A DNA stretch of 64,000 bases from Alphaproteobacteria bacterium (GTDB lineage: Bacteria; Pseudomonadota; Alphaproteobacteria; CALKHQ01), in NCBI GenBank assembly GCA_965227515.1, contig CBDDFZ010000001.1:3136001-3200000 (forward strand), written 5' to 3'. Shown piece by piece: positions 10,797-23,502 of the stretch. Under the pieces are notes generated by a model. The model saw only the letters and a list, made by a program, of their open reading frames with translations, searched no databases and was not told the DNA's origin. The number at the start of each line of letters is the position of its first letter. Position 1 is the first letter of the stretch. The position numbers were made by a program, and so were the translations under genes.

Positions 10797-11420
10797 TCAT
10801 TCCGTGAAGCCCTGCGCGGCGAGGAAATTGGCGATGTTGCGCGTCTGCTCCAGGCAGGCGTCGCTGGCCTGCGCCAGGTGTCCCGCCATTTCCAGGCCAA
10901 TGCTGATGCTCTCGTGCATCGTGGCCAGCCGGTCGGTCATTGTCGCCATCGCGTCGGCCTGACCGTCGCATGCCCCGCCGCCTTCGCCTTGGTCGGACAG
11001 GGCGTCGACGGCCGCGACATACGGGTTTGCCGCTTGCACAAGATCCTCGGCCAGTGCATCAAGATTGTCGGACAGCGCCGCGAAATCACGGCATAATTCC
11101 GCATTCTCCTGATTGTATTTCAGGATCTGGGATGCCAGATGCTGCCGCTCCGTTTCGTCCTCGGCATCGCGGAAGTCCGCGCCCAATCGCTCGATCTGTG
11201 TTTCGTTGACCGCGCCGTCATCGCCAAGCGCCAGGCTCTCGGAATTGGCCGCCTCGATGGCGGATTCGAATTCTGCCAACTGTGCGGCGAATGCCGCGCC
11301 GTTCGCCGCCGCGTTGTCGAGGGCGGCTCCGCAATCGTCGGCCAGTGCTGGCTGGTGACACACCAGGATCAGCCCAACCGCCCAGCATGCCTTGCCGCGC
11401 ACTGTCTTGCCTTGGCTCAC
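10797..11420 (-). CDS. Hypothetical exported acidic alpha-helical protein
   Basis: 207-aa ORF filling the pdhC-lpdA gap. Basic N-terminus, hydrophobic stretch and ALA-DD cleavage-like site; A/D/E-rich with 4 mature Cys. Confidence 0.7.
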   Translation of the reverse strand: MSQGKTVRGKACWAVGLILVCHQPALADDCGAALDNAAANGAAFAAQLAEFESAIEAANSESLALGDDGAVNETQIERLGADFRDAEDETERQHLASQILKYNQENAELCRDFAALSDNLDALAEDLVQAANPYVAAVDALSDQGEGGGACDGQADAMATMTDRLATMHESISIGLEMAGHLAQASDACLEQTRNIANFLAAQGFTE

Positions 11421-11435
11421 GTTCCCGGTCGCCGC

Positions 11436-12716
11436 TTACAGCATGATCGTCAGCGGGTCTTCGACGATGGCCTTGAACGCGGCCAGGAACGCCGCACCGA
11501 CCGCGCCGTCGACCACCCGGTGGTCGACCGACAGCGTGCACGACATGACGGTGGCGACCGCCAGCGCGCCGTCCTTCACCACCGGGCGCTGCTCGCCGGC
11601 ACCGACCGCCAGGATCGCACCCTGCGGCGGGTTGATCACGGCCTCGAACTGCTTGATGCCGAACATGCCGAGGTTGGAGATCGAGAACGTGCCGCCCTGG
11701 TATTCCTCCGGCACCAGCTTGCCGTCGCGTGCCTTGGCGGCCAGCGCCTTCATGTCGCCGGAGATGGCGGCCAGCCCCTTGGCGTGCGCGCCGCGGATCA
11801 CCGGGGTGACCAGCCCGCCGTCGATGGCGACCGCGACCGAGATGTCGGCGGAGCGATAGAGCTTGGTGCCCTCCGGCGTCCACGAGGCGTTGGCGGCCGG
11901 CACCTGGATCAGCGCCAGGGCGGCGGCCTTGATGACGAAGTCGTTGACCGAGAGCTTGGTGCCCTGCGCCTCGGCCTTGGCGTTGAGCTGCTTGCGCAGC
12001 GCCAGCAGGGCGTCCAGTTCGCAGTCCACGGTCATGTAGAAGTGCGGCACCGTCTGCTTGGACTCGGTCAGCCGCTGGGCGATGACCTTGCGCATGGAGC
12101 TGTGCGGCACCAGCTCGAAGTCCGGCTCGCCAACAGCCGGCGCAGCGGGCGCGCGTGTGGCAGCCGGCTGCGGCTTGGCAGCCGGGCCACCGGCGACGGC
12201 CGCCTCGATGTCCGCCTTGACGATGCGGCCATGCGGGCCGCTGCCCTGGACGGTGCCGAGGTCGAGGCCGGCCTGCTTCGCCATCCGCCGGGCCAGCGGG
12301 CTGGCGAACACGCGCTCGCCGTTGGCCTTGGGCGCCTCCGGGGCTGGCGCAGCGGCGGAGGCCGGGTCGGCGCCATTGCTCTGGGGCGCGGGTGGCGCCT
12401 CGTCGGTTTTTGGCGCTGCTGGCGGTGGCGCCGCCGCGCCCGTGCCGATGTTGTCGGCGGCGCTGGCGTCCTCGCCCTCCTCCAGGATCACGGCGATCGG
12501 CGTGTTGACGGCGACCTCGTCGGTGCCCTCGGCGATCAGGAGGCGGCCCATGCGGCCCTCGTCGACCGCTTCCACTTCCATGGTCGCCTTGTCGGTCTCG
12601 ATCTCCGCGATCACGTCGCCTGGCGCCACCTCGTCGCCCTCGGCCTTCAGCCAGCGCGCGAGCTTACCCTCGGTCATGGTCGGCGACAGCGCCGGCATCA
12701 GCACGGGGATGGCCAT
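11436..12716 (-). CDS. pdhC: Pyruvate dehydrogenase E2 dihydrolipoamide acetyltransferase
   Basis: Lipoyl domain [10 protein letters not shown]3-binding ASPLARRMA, catalytic DHRVVDG. Confidence 0.97.
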   Translation of the reverse strand: MAIPVLMPALSPTMTEGKLARWLKAEGDEVAPGDVIAEIETDKATMEVEAVDEGRMGRLLIAEGTDEVAVNTPIAVILEEGEDASAADNIGTGAAAPPPAAPKTDEAPPAPQSNGADPASAAAPAPEAPKANGERVFASPLARRMAKQAGLDLGTVQGSGPHGRIVKADIEAAVAGGPAAKPQPAATRAPAAPAVGEPDFELVPHSSMRKVIAQRLTESKQTVPHFYMTVDCELDALLALRKQLNAKAEAQGTKLSVNDFVIKAAALALIQVPAANASWTPEGTKLYRSADISVAVAIDGGLVTPVIRGAHAKGLAAISGDMKALAAKARDGKLVPEEYQGGTFSISNLGMFGIKQFEAVINPPQGAILAVGAGEQRPVVKDGALAVATVMSCTLSVDHRVVDGAVGAAFLAAFKAIVEDPLTIML

Positions 12717-12733
12717 GTCTTTCTGGTCCTCGG

Positions 12734-14119
12734 TCAGTCGCGGTAGCAGACGGCTTTCGCCGCCGCCACGATATCCGCGGTTTGCGGCAACGCAAGCGTC
12801 TCCAGGTTGGCGGCATAGGGCAGCGGCACGTCCTTGGCGGTGACACGAGCCACCGGCGCGTCCAGCCAGTCGAAGGCGTGCTCCATCATCTGCGCGGCCA
12901 ATTCGGACCCGATGCCGGCGAACGGCCAGCCCTCCTCCACCGAGACCAGCCGGTTGGTTTTCTGTACCGATGCGACGATGGTCGCGGTGTCGAGCGGGCG
13001 AATCGAGCGCAGGTCGATCACCTCGGCGGCGATCCCCTCGCCCGCCAATGCATCTGCCGCCTCCAGCGCGCGTTCCACCATCAGCGAGAACGCGGTAATG
13101 GTGACGTCGCCGCCGGCGCGCGCCACCCGAGCGCTGCCGATCGGCACAGTCCAGTCCGGGTCGGTCGGCACGTCGTCGAAGCTGCGGCCGTAGAGGATCT
13201 CGTTCTCCAGGAACACCACCGGGTTCGGGTCGCGGATCGCCGACTTCAGCAGTCCCTTGGCGTCCGCCGCGCGCCAGGGTGATACCACCTTCAGGCCCGG
13301 CACGTGGGCGAACCAGCTCTCGAACCCCTGGGAGTGCTGGGCCGCCACCCGCGCCGCCGCGCCATTCGGGCCGCGAAATACGATGGGGCAGCCCATCTGG
13401 CCGCCGGACATGTAGAGCGTCTTGGCGGCGGAGTTGATGATCTGGTCCATCGCCTGTAGCGCGAAGTTGAAGGTCATGAACTCCACGATGGGCCTGAGCC
13501 CGTTGAATGCCGCGCCGACGCCCAAGCCGGTGAAGCCGTGTTCGGTGATCGGGGTGTCGATCACCCGCTTGGCGCCGAACTCGTCCAGCAGCCCCTGGCT
13601 CACCTTGTAGGCGCCCTGGTATTCCGCGACTTCCTCGCCCATCAGGAACACCGTCGGATCGCGGCGCATCTCCTCGGCCATGGCATCGCGCAGGGCCTCG
13701 CGCACCGTCGCGTGCATAGTCTCGCCGGTGTAGTCGCCTTCCGCCGCGACCGGGACGGCAGGTGTTGAGGGGGCCGGAGCTGGCGCTTGCTGTGCTGGCG
13801 CGGTCTCCGGTGGGCCGGCGCCGCCATTCGTGGCAGGCGAGGCAGCGGGCGCACTGTCTATGTCCGCCGCGTCCTCGCCATCGCCCAGGATGACGGCAAT
13901 CGGCGTGTTGACCGCGACTTCCTCGGTGCCCTCGGCCACCAGGATGCGGCCGAGCCGGCCCTCGTCCACCGCCTCGACCTCCATGGTCGCCTTGTCGGTC
14001 TCGATCTCGGCGATGGGGTCGCCGGCGGCAATCGCGTCGCCCTCGGCCTTCAGCCAGCGGGCGAGCTTGCCTTCCGTCATCGTAGGCGACAGGGTCGGCA
14101 TCAGGATTTCTATCGGCAT
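12734..14119 (-). CDS. pdhB: Pyruvate dehydrogenase E1 beta with N-terminal lipoyl domain
   Basis: [41 protein letters not shown]. Confidence 0.97.
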   Translation of the reverse strand: MPIEILMPTLSPTMTEGKLARWLKAEGDAIAAGDPIAEIETDKATMEVEAVDEGRLGRILVAEGTEEVAVNTPIAVILGDGEDAADIDSAPAASPATNGGAGPPETAPAQQAPAPAPSTPAVPVAAEGDYTGETMHATVREALRDAMAEEMRRDPTVFLMGEEVAEYQGAYKVSQGLLDEFGAKRVIDTPITEHGFTGLGVGAAFNGLRPIVEFMTFNFALQAMDQIINSAAKTLYMSGGQMGCPIVFRGPNGAAARVAAQHSQGFESWFAHVPGLKVVSPWRAADAKGLLKSAIRDPNPVVFLENEILYGRSFDDVPTDPDWTVPIGSARVARAGGDVTITAFSLMVERALEAADALAGEGIAAEVIDLRSIRPLDTATIVASVQKTNRLVSVEEGWPFAGIGSELAAQMMEHAFDWLDAPVARVTAKDVPLPYAANLETLALPQTADIVAAAKAVCYRD

Positions 14120-14161
14120 CTCAATCTCTTGCCGCGCAAACTTGACAAACCAATTGCACCG

Positions 14162-15217
14162 TCATGCCTCCACCAGTACGTCGGTGTAGAGCTCCGACGG
14201 ATCCGGTTCCGGGCTGGTCTGCGCGAAGTCGGCGGCGTCGCTGACAATCGCGCGGACCTCCTTGTCCACCGCCTTCAGGCCCTCCTCGTCCAGAATGCCG
14301 CGATTGACGAGCTTCTGCTTCGCGCCCTCGATCGGGTCGCGCTCGGCGCGCATTTTCGCGACCTCCTCCTTGGTGCGGTACTTGGCGGGGTCGGACATCG
14401 AATGGCCGCGGTAGCGGTAGGTCATCATCTCCAGGATGTAGGGCCCCTCGCCGCCGCGCGCGTGTGCCAGCGCGGTCTCCGCGCCGTCGTGCACCGCTTC
14501 CACATCCATGCCGTCGACCTGGGCGCCGGCGATGCCATAGGCCGCCCCGCGCTTGTAGAGGTCCGGCTGGGCCGACGCGCGTGCCACCGACGTGCCCATG
14601 CCGTACTGGTTGTTCTCGATGACGTAGACCACCGGCAGCGACCACAGCGCTGCCATGTTGAAGCTCTCGTAGACCTGGCCCTGGTTCACCGCGCCGTCGC
14701 CCAGATAGACCATGGCGACGCCGCCGTCCTCCTTGTACTTGTGGGCGAACCCCAGGCCGGTGCCGATGGGCACCTGGGCGGCGACGATGCCGTGGCCGCC
14801 GAAGAAGTTCTTCTCGCGGCTGAACATATGCATGGAGCCGCCCTTGCCGCGCGAATAGCCGTCGGCGCGGCCGGTCAACTCGGCCATGACGCCGCGAGAC
14901 TCCATCCCGCAGGCCAGCATATGGCCGTGGTCGCGGTAGCTGGTGACCACGGTGTCGCCGTCCCTCGACGCCGCCTGGATGCCGACGACGACCGCCTCCT
15001 GGCCGATGTAGAGGTGGCAGAAGCCGCCGATCAGGCCCATGCCATACATCTGGCCGGCCCGTTCCTCGAACCGCCGGATCAGCAGCATCTGGCGGTAGGC
15101 GTCGCTCAGCGCCGCGTCGTCCAGAGGCGGCGGCCCGTTCCTGCCGTTGGTCTTGGAGCTTGCGGTCGATTTGGCCGGCTTGGATTTCGCCCTTGTTGGG
15201 CGTTTGGCGGCTGCCAT
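14162..15217 (-). CDS. pdhA: Pyruvate dehydrogenase E1 alpha
   Basis: GGFCHLYIGQEA, GDGAVNQGQ, YRYRGHSMSDPAKYR. ATG at 15217 follows GGGGAGGA. Confidence 0.97.
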   Translation of the reverse strand: MAAAKRPTRAKSKPAKSTASSKTNGRNGPPPLDDAALSDAYRQMLLIRRFEERAGQMYGMGLIGGFCHLYIGQEAVVVGIQAASRDGDTVVTSYRDHGHMLACGMESRGVMAELTGRADGYSRGKGGSMHMFSREKNFFGGHGIVAAQVPIGTGLGFAHKYKEDGGVAMVYLGDGAVNQGQVYESFNMAALWSLPVVYVIENNQYGMGTSVARASAQPDLYKRGAAYGIAGAQVDGMDVEAVHDGAETALAHARGGEGPYILEMMTYRYRGHSMSDPAKYRTKEEVAKMRAERDPIEGAKQKLVNRGILDEEGLKAVDKEVRAIVSDAADFAQTSPEPDPSELYTDVLVEA

Positions 15218-15374
15218 GGCGATACGGTCCTCCCCAGGTCCGTGTGGCGGTGGCGTGGGTGGCGGTGCGCCTGGGCGGCGCCGCGATTGTTGGCGCGGAT
15301 TATGACAGGAAGTGCCTGGATGACCAGTCACAGGATGGCATGGCTGCCATTCGCCCAGAGATCCGGTCGCCGCA

Positions 15375-15737
15375 TTACTCTGCGGGGGCACCCTCGCCTT
15401 CGGTGACGTCACCCGAGGTAACTTCTCCGGGCTCGATCATGATCACGACATCGTTGGGCCGGCGCAGGTTCAGGAGCGTGCGCCCGCGTTCTTCCAGGAT
15501 GTCGGGGTCGATCTGCTGGCGCAGCATGTTGACGCGATGTTCCAGTTCCGTGCGCTGGGCGCGGGTCTGGTCCCGCGCCTGCTCGGCCGCCTGCACGTCG
15601 GACTGCAGCTGCCAATAGGCGATCAGGCCGCGTTCGCCGCTGACGGCGTGATAGGCGAAGTAGCTGAGCGCTGCCAGGCCGAACACGGTCGGCAAAATGG
15701 CCTTGGGCCGGGCGCGCAACTCGGAAAACAGCAACAT
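15375..15737 (-). CDS. ftsB: Septum formation initiator FtsB/DivIC
   Basis: TM segment YFAYHAVSGERGL, coiled coil, DPDILEERGR. eno-ftsB-pdhA synteny. Confidence 0.88.
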   Translation of the reverse strand: MLLFSELRARPKAILPTVFGLAALSYFAYHAVSGERGLIAYWQLQSDVQAAEQARDQTRAQRTELEHRVNMLRQQIDPDILEERGRTLLNLRRPNDVVIMIEPGEVTSGDVTEGEGAPAE

Positions 15738-15872
15738 TTCGGAAAAGAATCACCTAAGCCGTTGGCGGTCAACGCCGAATCGGTCCTCCGCCCGCAGTAT
15801 GCGCGTTGCGCTGATGGGCGTGGCAAAAAAGACTCACATTGGCCTGGGGGCCGACACTTCACCCAACCAACC

Positions 15873-16049
15873 CGTCGCCCTCGCCCTTGTGGCGAGGGCC
15901 CATTGACGTGCGGTTCTGCCTGCCCAGACTCTGCTCGCTGTCGCTGCCGTGGTGCGTGTGAAGCGACCGCCCCATCGCTCAGCGCATTTCACATAACTTA
16001 TTGGTCTGTTGGACAAAAATGGATCCTCGAGACAAGCCCGAGGATGACG
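15873..16049. repeat. Inverted pair of 31-bp REP-like palindromes
   Basis: CGTC-GCCCTCG-CC-CTTGT-GG-CGAGGGC-CCAT (15873-15903) and, on the minus strand, CGTC-ATCCTCG-GG-CTTGT-CT-CGAGGAT-CCAT (16049-16019). Confidence 0.75.
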
Positions 16050-16075
16050 AATGAGTGGTTTTGAGGGGCTCGAAA

Positions 16076-17380
<1,305 letters not shown>

Positions 17381-18226
17381 TCAGGTGATGTTTATCGGGT
17401 TGGACTTGGCCTGCCGGTCGAATGCGGTCAGCACATCAAGAAGGCCGGGCAAGTCCTTGAGATGGACCATGTTAGGGCCGTCGGACGGCGCGTTGTCCGG
17501 ATCCTGGTGGGTCTCCATGAACACCGCCGCCACGCCGATGGCGACCGCCGCGCGTGCCAGCACCGGCACGAACTCGCGCTGGCCGCCCGAGGTGGCGCCC
17601 TGCCCGCCCGGCTGCTGCACGGAGTGGGTGGCGTCGAACACGACCGGGCACCCGGTCGCCGCCAGAACCGGCAGCGCGCGCATGTCCGATACCAGGGTGT
17701 TGTAGCCGAAGCTGGCCCCGCGCTCGCACACCATCACGTTCGGGTTGCCGAAGGCGCGGATCTTCTCGACCACGTTCGCCATGTCCCACGGCGCCAGGAA
17801 CTGGCCCTTCTTGACGTTGATGGCGCGCCCGGTTGCGGCGGCGGCTTCCAACAGGTCGGTCTGGCGGCACAGGAAGGCCGGGATCTGCAGCACGTCGACG
17901 GCCTCGGCCACCGGCGCGCATTGCTCGGGCAGGTGCACGTCGGTCAGCACCGGGCAGCCGCGCGCCTCGCGCACTTCCGCGAAGACCGGCAGCGCCGCCT
18001 CCAGCCCCACGCCGCGCGGGCTCGACGCCGAGGTCCGGTTCGCCTTGTCGAACGAGGTCTTGTAGATGAGGTTGATGCCGCGCGGCCGGCAGATTTCCAC
18101 CAGCGCCTGCGACATCTCCAGCGCGTGCTGGCGGCTTTCCATCGCGCACGGCCCGGCGATCAGCGTCAGCGGCGCGTCGTTCGACACCTCGAAATCGCCG
18201 ATCTTCACCGTATGTGCCGCTGCCAT
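17381..18226 (-). CDS. kdsA: KDO-8-phosphate synthase
   Basis: [45 protein letters not shown]. Confidence 0.97.
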   Translation of the reverse strand: MAAAHTVKIGDFEVSNDAPLTLIAGPCAMESRQHALEMSQALVEICRPRGINLIYKTSFDKANRTSASSPRGVGLEAALPVFAEVREARGCPVLTDVHLPEQCAPVAEAVDVLQIPAFLCRQTDLLEAAAATGRAINVKKGQFLAPWDMANVVEKIRAFGNPNVMVCERGASFGYNTLVSDMRALPVLAATGCPVVFDATHSVQQPGGQGATSGGQREFVPVLARAAVAIGVAAVFMETHQDPDNAPSDGPNMVHLKDLPGLLDVLTAFDRQAKSNPINIT

Positions 18227-18238
18227 CGCCCGAACTCC

Positions 18239-19867
18239 CTAGACCAGCCGCGACTGGTCGATGGCGGCGCGGATGAAGCTGGTGAACAGCGGGTGCGGCT
18301 GGTTCGGGCGCGACTTCAGCTCCGGGTGGAACTGCACGCCGATGAACCATGGGTGGTCGACCAGCTCCACGATCTCCGGCAGTTCGCCATCCGGCGAGTT
18401 GCCGGAAAAGATCATCCCGGCCTCGGCCAACTGGTCGCGATAGTTGAGATTGACCTCATAGCGGTGGCGATGGCGCTCGCTGATCGCCTCGGTGCCATAG
18501 ACCTCGCGCACCTTGCTGCCTTCCGCCAATACCGCCGGATAGGCGCCCAGGCGCATGGTGCCGCCCAGATCGTCGTCCGCCGAACGTTGCTCGACCCGGT
18601 TGTCGCGCACCCATTCGGTCAACAGGCCGATGACCGGATGCTCGCAGGGGCCGAACTCCGATGAGCCGGCGCCTTCGATGCCGGCCAGGTGGCGCGCCAC
18701 CTCGATGACCGCCATGTGCATGCCGAAGCAGATGCCGAAATAGGGCACGCGGTGCTCGCGCGCGAACTGGGCCGCGGCGATCTTGCCCTCGGTGCCGCGC
18801 TCGCCGAAGCCGCCCGGCACCAGGATGCCGTGCACGCCCGACAGTTGCTGGACCGCGTCCTCGCGCTCGAAGACCTCGGAATCGATCCAGTCCATCTGCA
18901 CGCGCACATTGTTGGCGATGCCGCCGTGGGTCAGCGCCTCGCCCAGCGATTTGTAGGCGTCGAGCAGCACCGTGTACTTACCGACGACCGCGATCCGGAC
19001 CTCGCCTTCGGGCGAGGTCGCGCGCTGGCAGATTTCCTTCCACACCGTCAGGTCGACCGGTTTTTCGTCCGGCAGGCGGAAGTGGCGGCAGACCTGGGCG
19101 TCGAAGCCTTCGTCGTGCAGCATCAGCGGGACGCGATAGATGGTGTCGGCGTCCAGCGCCGGGATCACCGCCTCCTCGCGCAGGTTGCAGAACAGCGCGA
19201 TCTTGCGGCGTGCGTCCGGCGGGATCGGCCGGTCGCAGCGGCAGAGCAGGATGGACGGCTGGATGCCGAGGCCAAGCAGCTCCTTCACCGAGTGCTGGGT
19301 CGGCTTGGTCTTCAGCTCGCCGGCGGACGGAATGAACGGCACCAGGGTCAGGTGCGCGAACAGGCTTTGTTCCGGCCCCAATTCGTTGCCGAGCTGGCGG
19401 ATCGCCTCCAGGAACGGCAATCCCTCGATATCGCCCACAGTGCCGCCGACCTCGGCGATCACGAAGTCGCGGTCCTCGACGTCGGCGACGATGAACGCCT
19501 TGATGGCGTCGGTGACGTGCGGGATCACCTGCACGGTCGCGCCCAGATAGTCGCCGCGCCGCTCGCGCGCGATGACCGAGGAATAGATCGAGCCGGTGGT
19601 CACGTTGTCGGCCTTGCGGGTGGCAACCCCGGTGAACCGCTCATAGTGGCCCAGGTCCAGGTCGGTCTCCGCCCCGTCGTCGGTGACGTAGACCTCGCCG
19701 TGCTGATAGGGGCTCATCGTACCCGGGTCGACGTTGAGGTAGGGGTCGAGCTTGCGCAGGCGGACCTTGTAGCCCCGAGCCTGCAGCAGCGCGCCAAGGG
19801 CCGCGGCCGACAGGCCCTTGCCCAGCGAGGAGGCGACGCCGCCGGTGATGAAGATGTAGCGGGTCAT
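18239..19867 (-). CDS. pyrG: CTP synthase
   Basis: [36 protein letters not shown]. Confidence 0.98.
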   Translation of the reverse strand: MTRYIFITGGVASSLGKGLSAAALGALLQARGYKVRLRKLDPYLNVDPGTMSPYQHGEVYVTDDGAETDLDLGHYERFTGVATRKADNVTTGSIYSSVIARERRGDYLGATVQVIPHVTDAIKAFIVADVEDRDFVIAEVGGTVGDIEGLPFLEAIRQLGNELGPEQSLFAHLTLVPFIPSAGELKTKPTQHSVKELLGLGIQPSILLCRCDRPIPPDARRKIALFCNLREEAVIPALDADTIYRVPLMLHDEGFDAQVCRHFRLPDEKPVDLTVWKEICQRATSPEGEVRIAVVGKYTVLLDAYKSLGEALTHGGIANNVRVQMDWIDSEVFEREDAVQQLSGVHGILVPGGFGERGTEGKIAAAQFAREHRVPYFGICFGMHMAVIEVARHLAGIEGAGSSEFGPCEHPVIGLLTEWVRDNRVEQRSADDDLGGTMRLGAYPAVLAEGSKVREVYGTEAISERHRHRYEVNLNYRDQLAEAGMIFSGNSPDGELPEIVELVDHPWFIGVQFHPELKSRPNQPHPLFTSFIRAAIDQSRLV

Positions 19868-19990
19868 CGAGAGTGTCGAAGGAAGTGTTGCCGGCCGGGC
19901 CAGCGATGTTGGGGCCGGCGCCGGTGGGGCTGGAGGTGGAGGGGCTGGTGGTGGAGTGCCGTCCGGCGGGGGGAAGCCGGCGGCGCCACG

Positions 19991-20353
19991 TTACTCGGCC
20001 TCCGGTTCGCCGCCGCCCGCGTCGCCGTCAAGGGCTGGCAGGTCCGGCAGTTGGTCCAGCGGCTGCTCGTCGCCCGGCTGCTCCAGCGCGGGCAGTTCCG
20101 GCAGTTCGTCCAGCAGGGTGGAGCGCTCGTTCTTGTTCACGATCGCCAGCAGCACGCTATTGGCCATGAAGAATGCGGCCAGGATGGCGGTGGTGCGGGT
20201 CAGCAGGTTGGCCGACGACCGGCTGGTCGCCATGTTGGCATTGCTGCCGCCGCCGCCCAGGCCGCCCATGCCGCCCTCGTTGCGTTGCAGCAGGATAATG
20301 CCGACCAGCCCCAGCGCCAGCAGGATGTGTATGACCAATAGAACCGTACTCAT
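19991..20353 (-). CDS. secG: Preprotein translocase SecG
   Basis: ILLQRNEGGMGG, ANLLTRTTAILAAFF. tpiA-secG-pyrG synteny. Confidence 0.93.
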   Translation of the reverse strand: MSTVLLVIHILLALGLVGIILLQRNEGGMGGLGGGGSNANMATSRSSANLLTRTTAILAAFFMANSVLLAIVNKNERSTLLDELPELPALEQPGDEQPLDQLPDLPALDGDAGGGEPEAE

Positions 20354-20499
20354 GCGTTCGCACCGCTTTCACGTGTCCGGCGACTCAGATGTCGCCGAAT
20401 GAACAATTCCTATCCTAGGGATGGCGGGTTTCTAGACCGATCGCGCCCACTTTGCCAGCCTGTATTTGTAGCAGTTCGGCACCCGGCTTACGAGACTGC

Positions 20500-21264
<765 letters not shown>

Positions 21265-21519
21265 CTCGCGCCCACCTCGTTCATGTCATGCTCAATACGC
21301 CCAAATCCCAAAGCGCCGGGTTCGGGCAAACCATTGTTGCAGCGACCGGACGCGGTTCCTATGATCCGCCACCCATTCGGTCGGACCATGTGCGTCCCGC
21401 CGCGCTTGTTGCTGGGCGCCGTCTCGCTGGCGCGTCCTTGCAAGTGCAGGTGCATGCACGTGCCGCCGTCCGATGGCAAGAGACAATCGCCGCGTGCGGC
21501 CAACACCGAGCCAATTCCG

Positions 21520-23421
21520 ATGCTGACCCAAATGCGATCCAAATCCACGTCACTGGTGGTGAAGCTGCTGTTCATCCTGCTGATCGCCAGCTTCGCGGTG
21601 TGGGGCATCGGTGACATTCTGCGCCAGAGTTCCGGCGGTGGCCTGATGACCGTGGGCGAGATCGACTACACGATCAATGACATCGACCGGACGTTCCAGG
21701 CCGAGGTGCGGCGCATCTCGCCGAGCCTGACCGTCGACAGCGCGATCCAGCTCGGCCTGCTCGACAGTGCGATCAGCCTGCTCGCCAGCCGGGGTCTGTA
21801 CAGCTCGGCAGCCGCCGACATGGGGCTGGTCGTCGGCGACGAGCGCGTTCAACGATTCCTGGTCGAGAGTTCGCCCTACTCGATCAATGGGCAGTTCGAT
21901 CGTGACATGCTGCTGCAGGACCTGGCCAACCGGGGGCTGAGCGAGCAGGAATACATCGCCACGTTGCGGCGCGACATCGCGCGCCAGGCGCTGCTGGACG
22001 CCATGGTCTCCGGCGCTGAGGTGCCGATGCCGGTGGCCGAGACCCTGGTCCAGTACTACCAGGAGGCGCGCACTATTGCGCTGGCCCGGGTGCCGGTGGA
22101 TTCGGTGCCGGCGCCGGAGGAGATCGACGACGCGGTCCTGGAAGCCTTCTACGAGGAGAACGCGGACGACTACATGGCGCCGGAGTACCGCGAGATCAGC
22201 GCCATCGTGCTCGATCCCGAGTTGATGGCCGCCGGCGTTCCGGTGTCGGAGGAGAAGCTGGCCGAGGAGTACGAGTACCGGCTGCCGGACCTGATCGAGC
22301 CGGAATCCCGCGCCATCAACCAGATGATCTTGAGCGAGGAGATCCTGGCCATCGGGGCCGCCGAGGCGCTGGCCGACGGACAGGCATTCGAAGAGGTGGC
22401 GGCGGAGGTGGCCGGCCAGGAACCGGACACCATTCCGCTCGGCACCTTCACCCGTGACAACTGGATTCTGCCCGAGGCCACGGACGCCGTGTTCGGGCTT
22501 GCGGAAGGCGGCGTGACCGACCCGATCGAAACGCCGTTCGGCTGGCGCATCTTCCAGGCGGCCGAGGTGACGCCGGAATTCACCCCGACCCTGGACGACG
22601 TGCGCGAGGAGCTGTCGTTCGACATCGCGGTGGAAATCGCGGAGGACGAGATCGACCCCCTCGCCGAGACGATCATGGAATCGATCGCCGGTCAGCCGGA
22701 GGACCAGAACAACCACATCGGCCTGGCGGAAACCGCGGAGCTGATCGAGATGCCACTGCTGCAAACCGGCGCGGTCGACATCGACGGCAACGACCCCGAC
22801 GGCAATCCGGTGGAATTTGAGGGCGATCTCGACGCGATGCTGGTGTTCGCCTTCCAGCGCGACACGCCGGAGCCGAGCACGTTGCAGTCGCTGGACAATG
22901 GCGGGCTCTATGTGCTGACCGTCGATACGATCACCGCCCCTGCCCTGCGGCCGTTCGAGGACGTGCGCGATCAGGTGGAGAAGGACTGGATCGCCGCCCA
23001 GCAACTGGCGGGCGCGCGCGCCATTGCCGAGGATGTCGCGGCGCGGGTGCAGGAAGGCCAGACCATGTCGTTCGTCACCGGCGAGCTTGGCCTGGAGGCG
23101 GAAACGGTGCCGGCAGTGCTGCGCACGGGTGGCGGCGCCGAGGGCATTCCCGCATCGCTGCTTGAGGACCTGTTCGCGGCCGGCCTGGGTGAGGCCCTGT
23201 TGGTTGACGACGGGGACAGTGTGCTGGTGGCGCAGGTGACGGCGATCGCCCCGCCGGAGGGCGAGGAGGCGGAAACCGCTGTCAATGCCTTGATGACCGA
23301 ACTCCGGGCGCAACAGGCCGAAGATATCTTCGCGCAATTCGGGGTCGCCCTGCAGGGCCAGTTCCCGGTCGAGGTCCAATATGCGACGATCCGCTCTCTC
23401 TATGAACAGCCGGCACAATAG
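21520..23421 (+). CDS. ppiD: PpiD/SurA-family periplasmic folding chaperone
   Basis: MLTQMRSK...LLIASFAVWGIGD membrane anchor, parvulin-like PIETPFGW. Lies upstream of trpE; very acidic. Confidence 0.88.
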   Translation: MLTQMRSKSTSLVVKLLFILLIASFAVWGIGDILRQSSGGGLMTVGEIDYTINDIDRTFQAEVRRISPSLTVDSAIQLGLLDSAISLLASRGLYSSAAADMGLVVGDERVQRFLVESSPYSINGQFDRDMLLQDLANRGLSEQEYIATLRRDIARQALLDAMVSGAEVPMPVAETLVQYYQEARTIALARVPVDSVPAPEEIDDAVLEAFYEENADDYMAPEYREISAIVLDPELMAAGVPVSEEKLAEEYEYRLPDLIEPESRAINQMILSEEILAIGAAEALADGQAFEEVAAEVAGQEPDTIPLGTFTRDNWILPEATDAVFGLAEGGVTDPIETPFGWRIFQAAEVTPEFTPTLDDVREELSFDIAVEIAEDEIDPLAETIMESIAGQPEDQNNHIGLAETAELIEMPLLQTGAVDIDGNDPDGNPVEFEGDLDAMLVFAFQRDTPEPSTLQSLDNGGLYVLTVDTITAPALRPFEDVRDQVEKDWIAAQQLAGARAIAEDVAARVQEGQTMSFVTGELGLEAETVPAVLRTGGGAEGIPASLLEDLFAAGLGEALLVDDGDSVLVAQVTAIAPPEGEEAETAVNALMTELRAQQAEDIFAQFGVALQGQFPVEVQYATIRSLYEQPAQ

Positions 23422-23502
23422 CCGGTCTTTGCGGCGGGCGCGGCGGACGCGGGCGCTGGCAGGTGAACGGGCCTGCATTCCTGACCGTCGTGCGGTGTCG
23501 TC

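Noticed and set aside
12480-14119. Near-identical DNA at the 5' ends of pdhB and pdhC
   Set aside because: Known duplicated lipoyl domain of alphaproteobacterial PDH E1-beta and E2.
15986-15996. TTATGTGAAAT on the minus strand, resembling the XerD arm of dif
   Set aside because: No matching XerC arm at 6-bp spacing, so it is a half-site only.
19944-19951. E. coli Chi octamer GCTGGTGG
   Set aside because: Single occurrence in GC-rich DNA, and this Chi sequence is not established for alphaproteobacteria.
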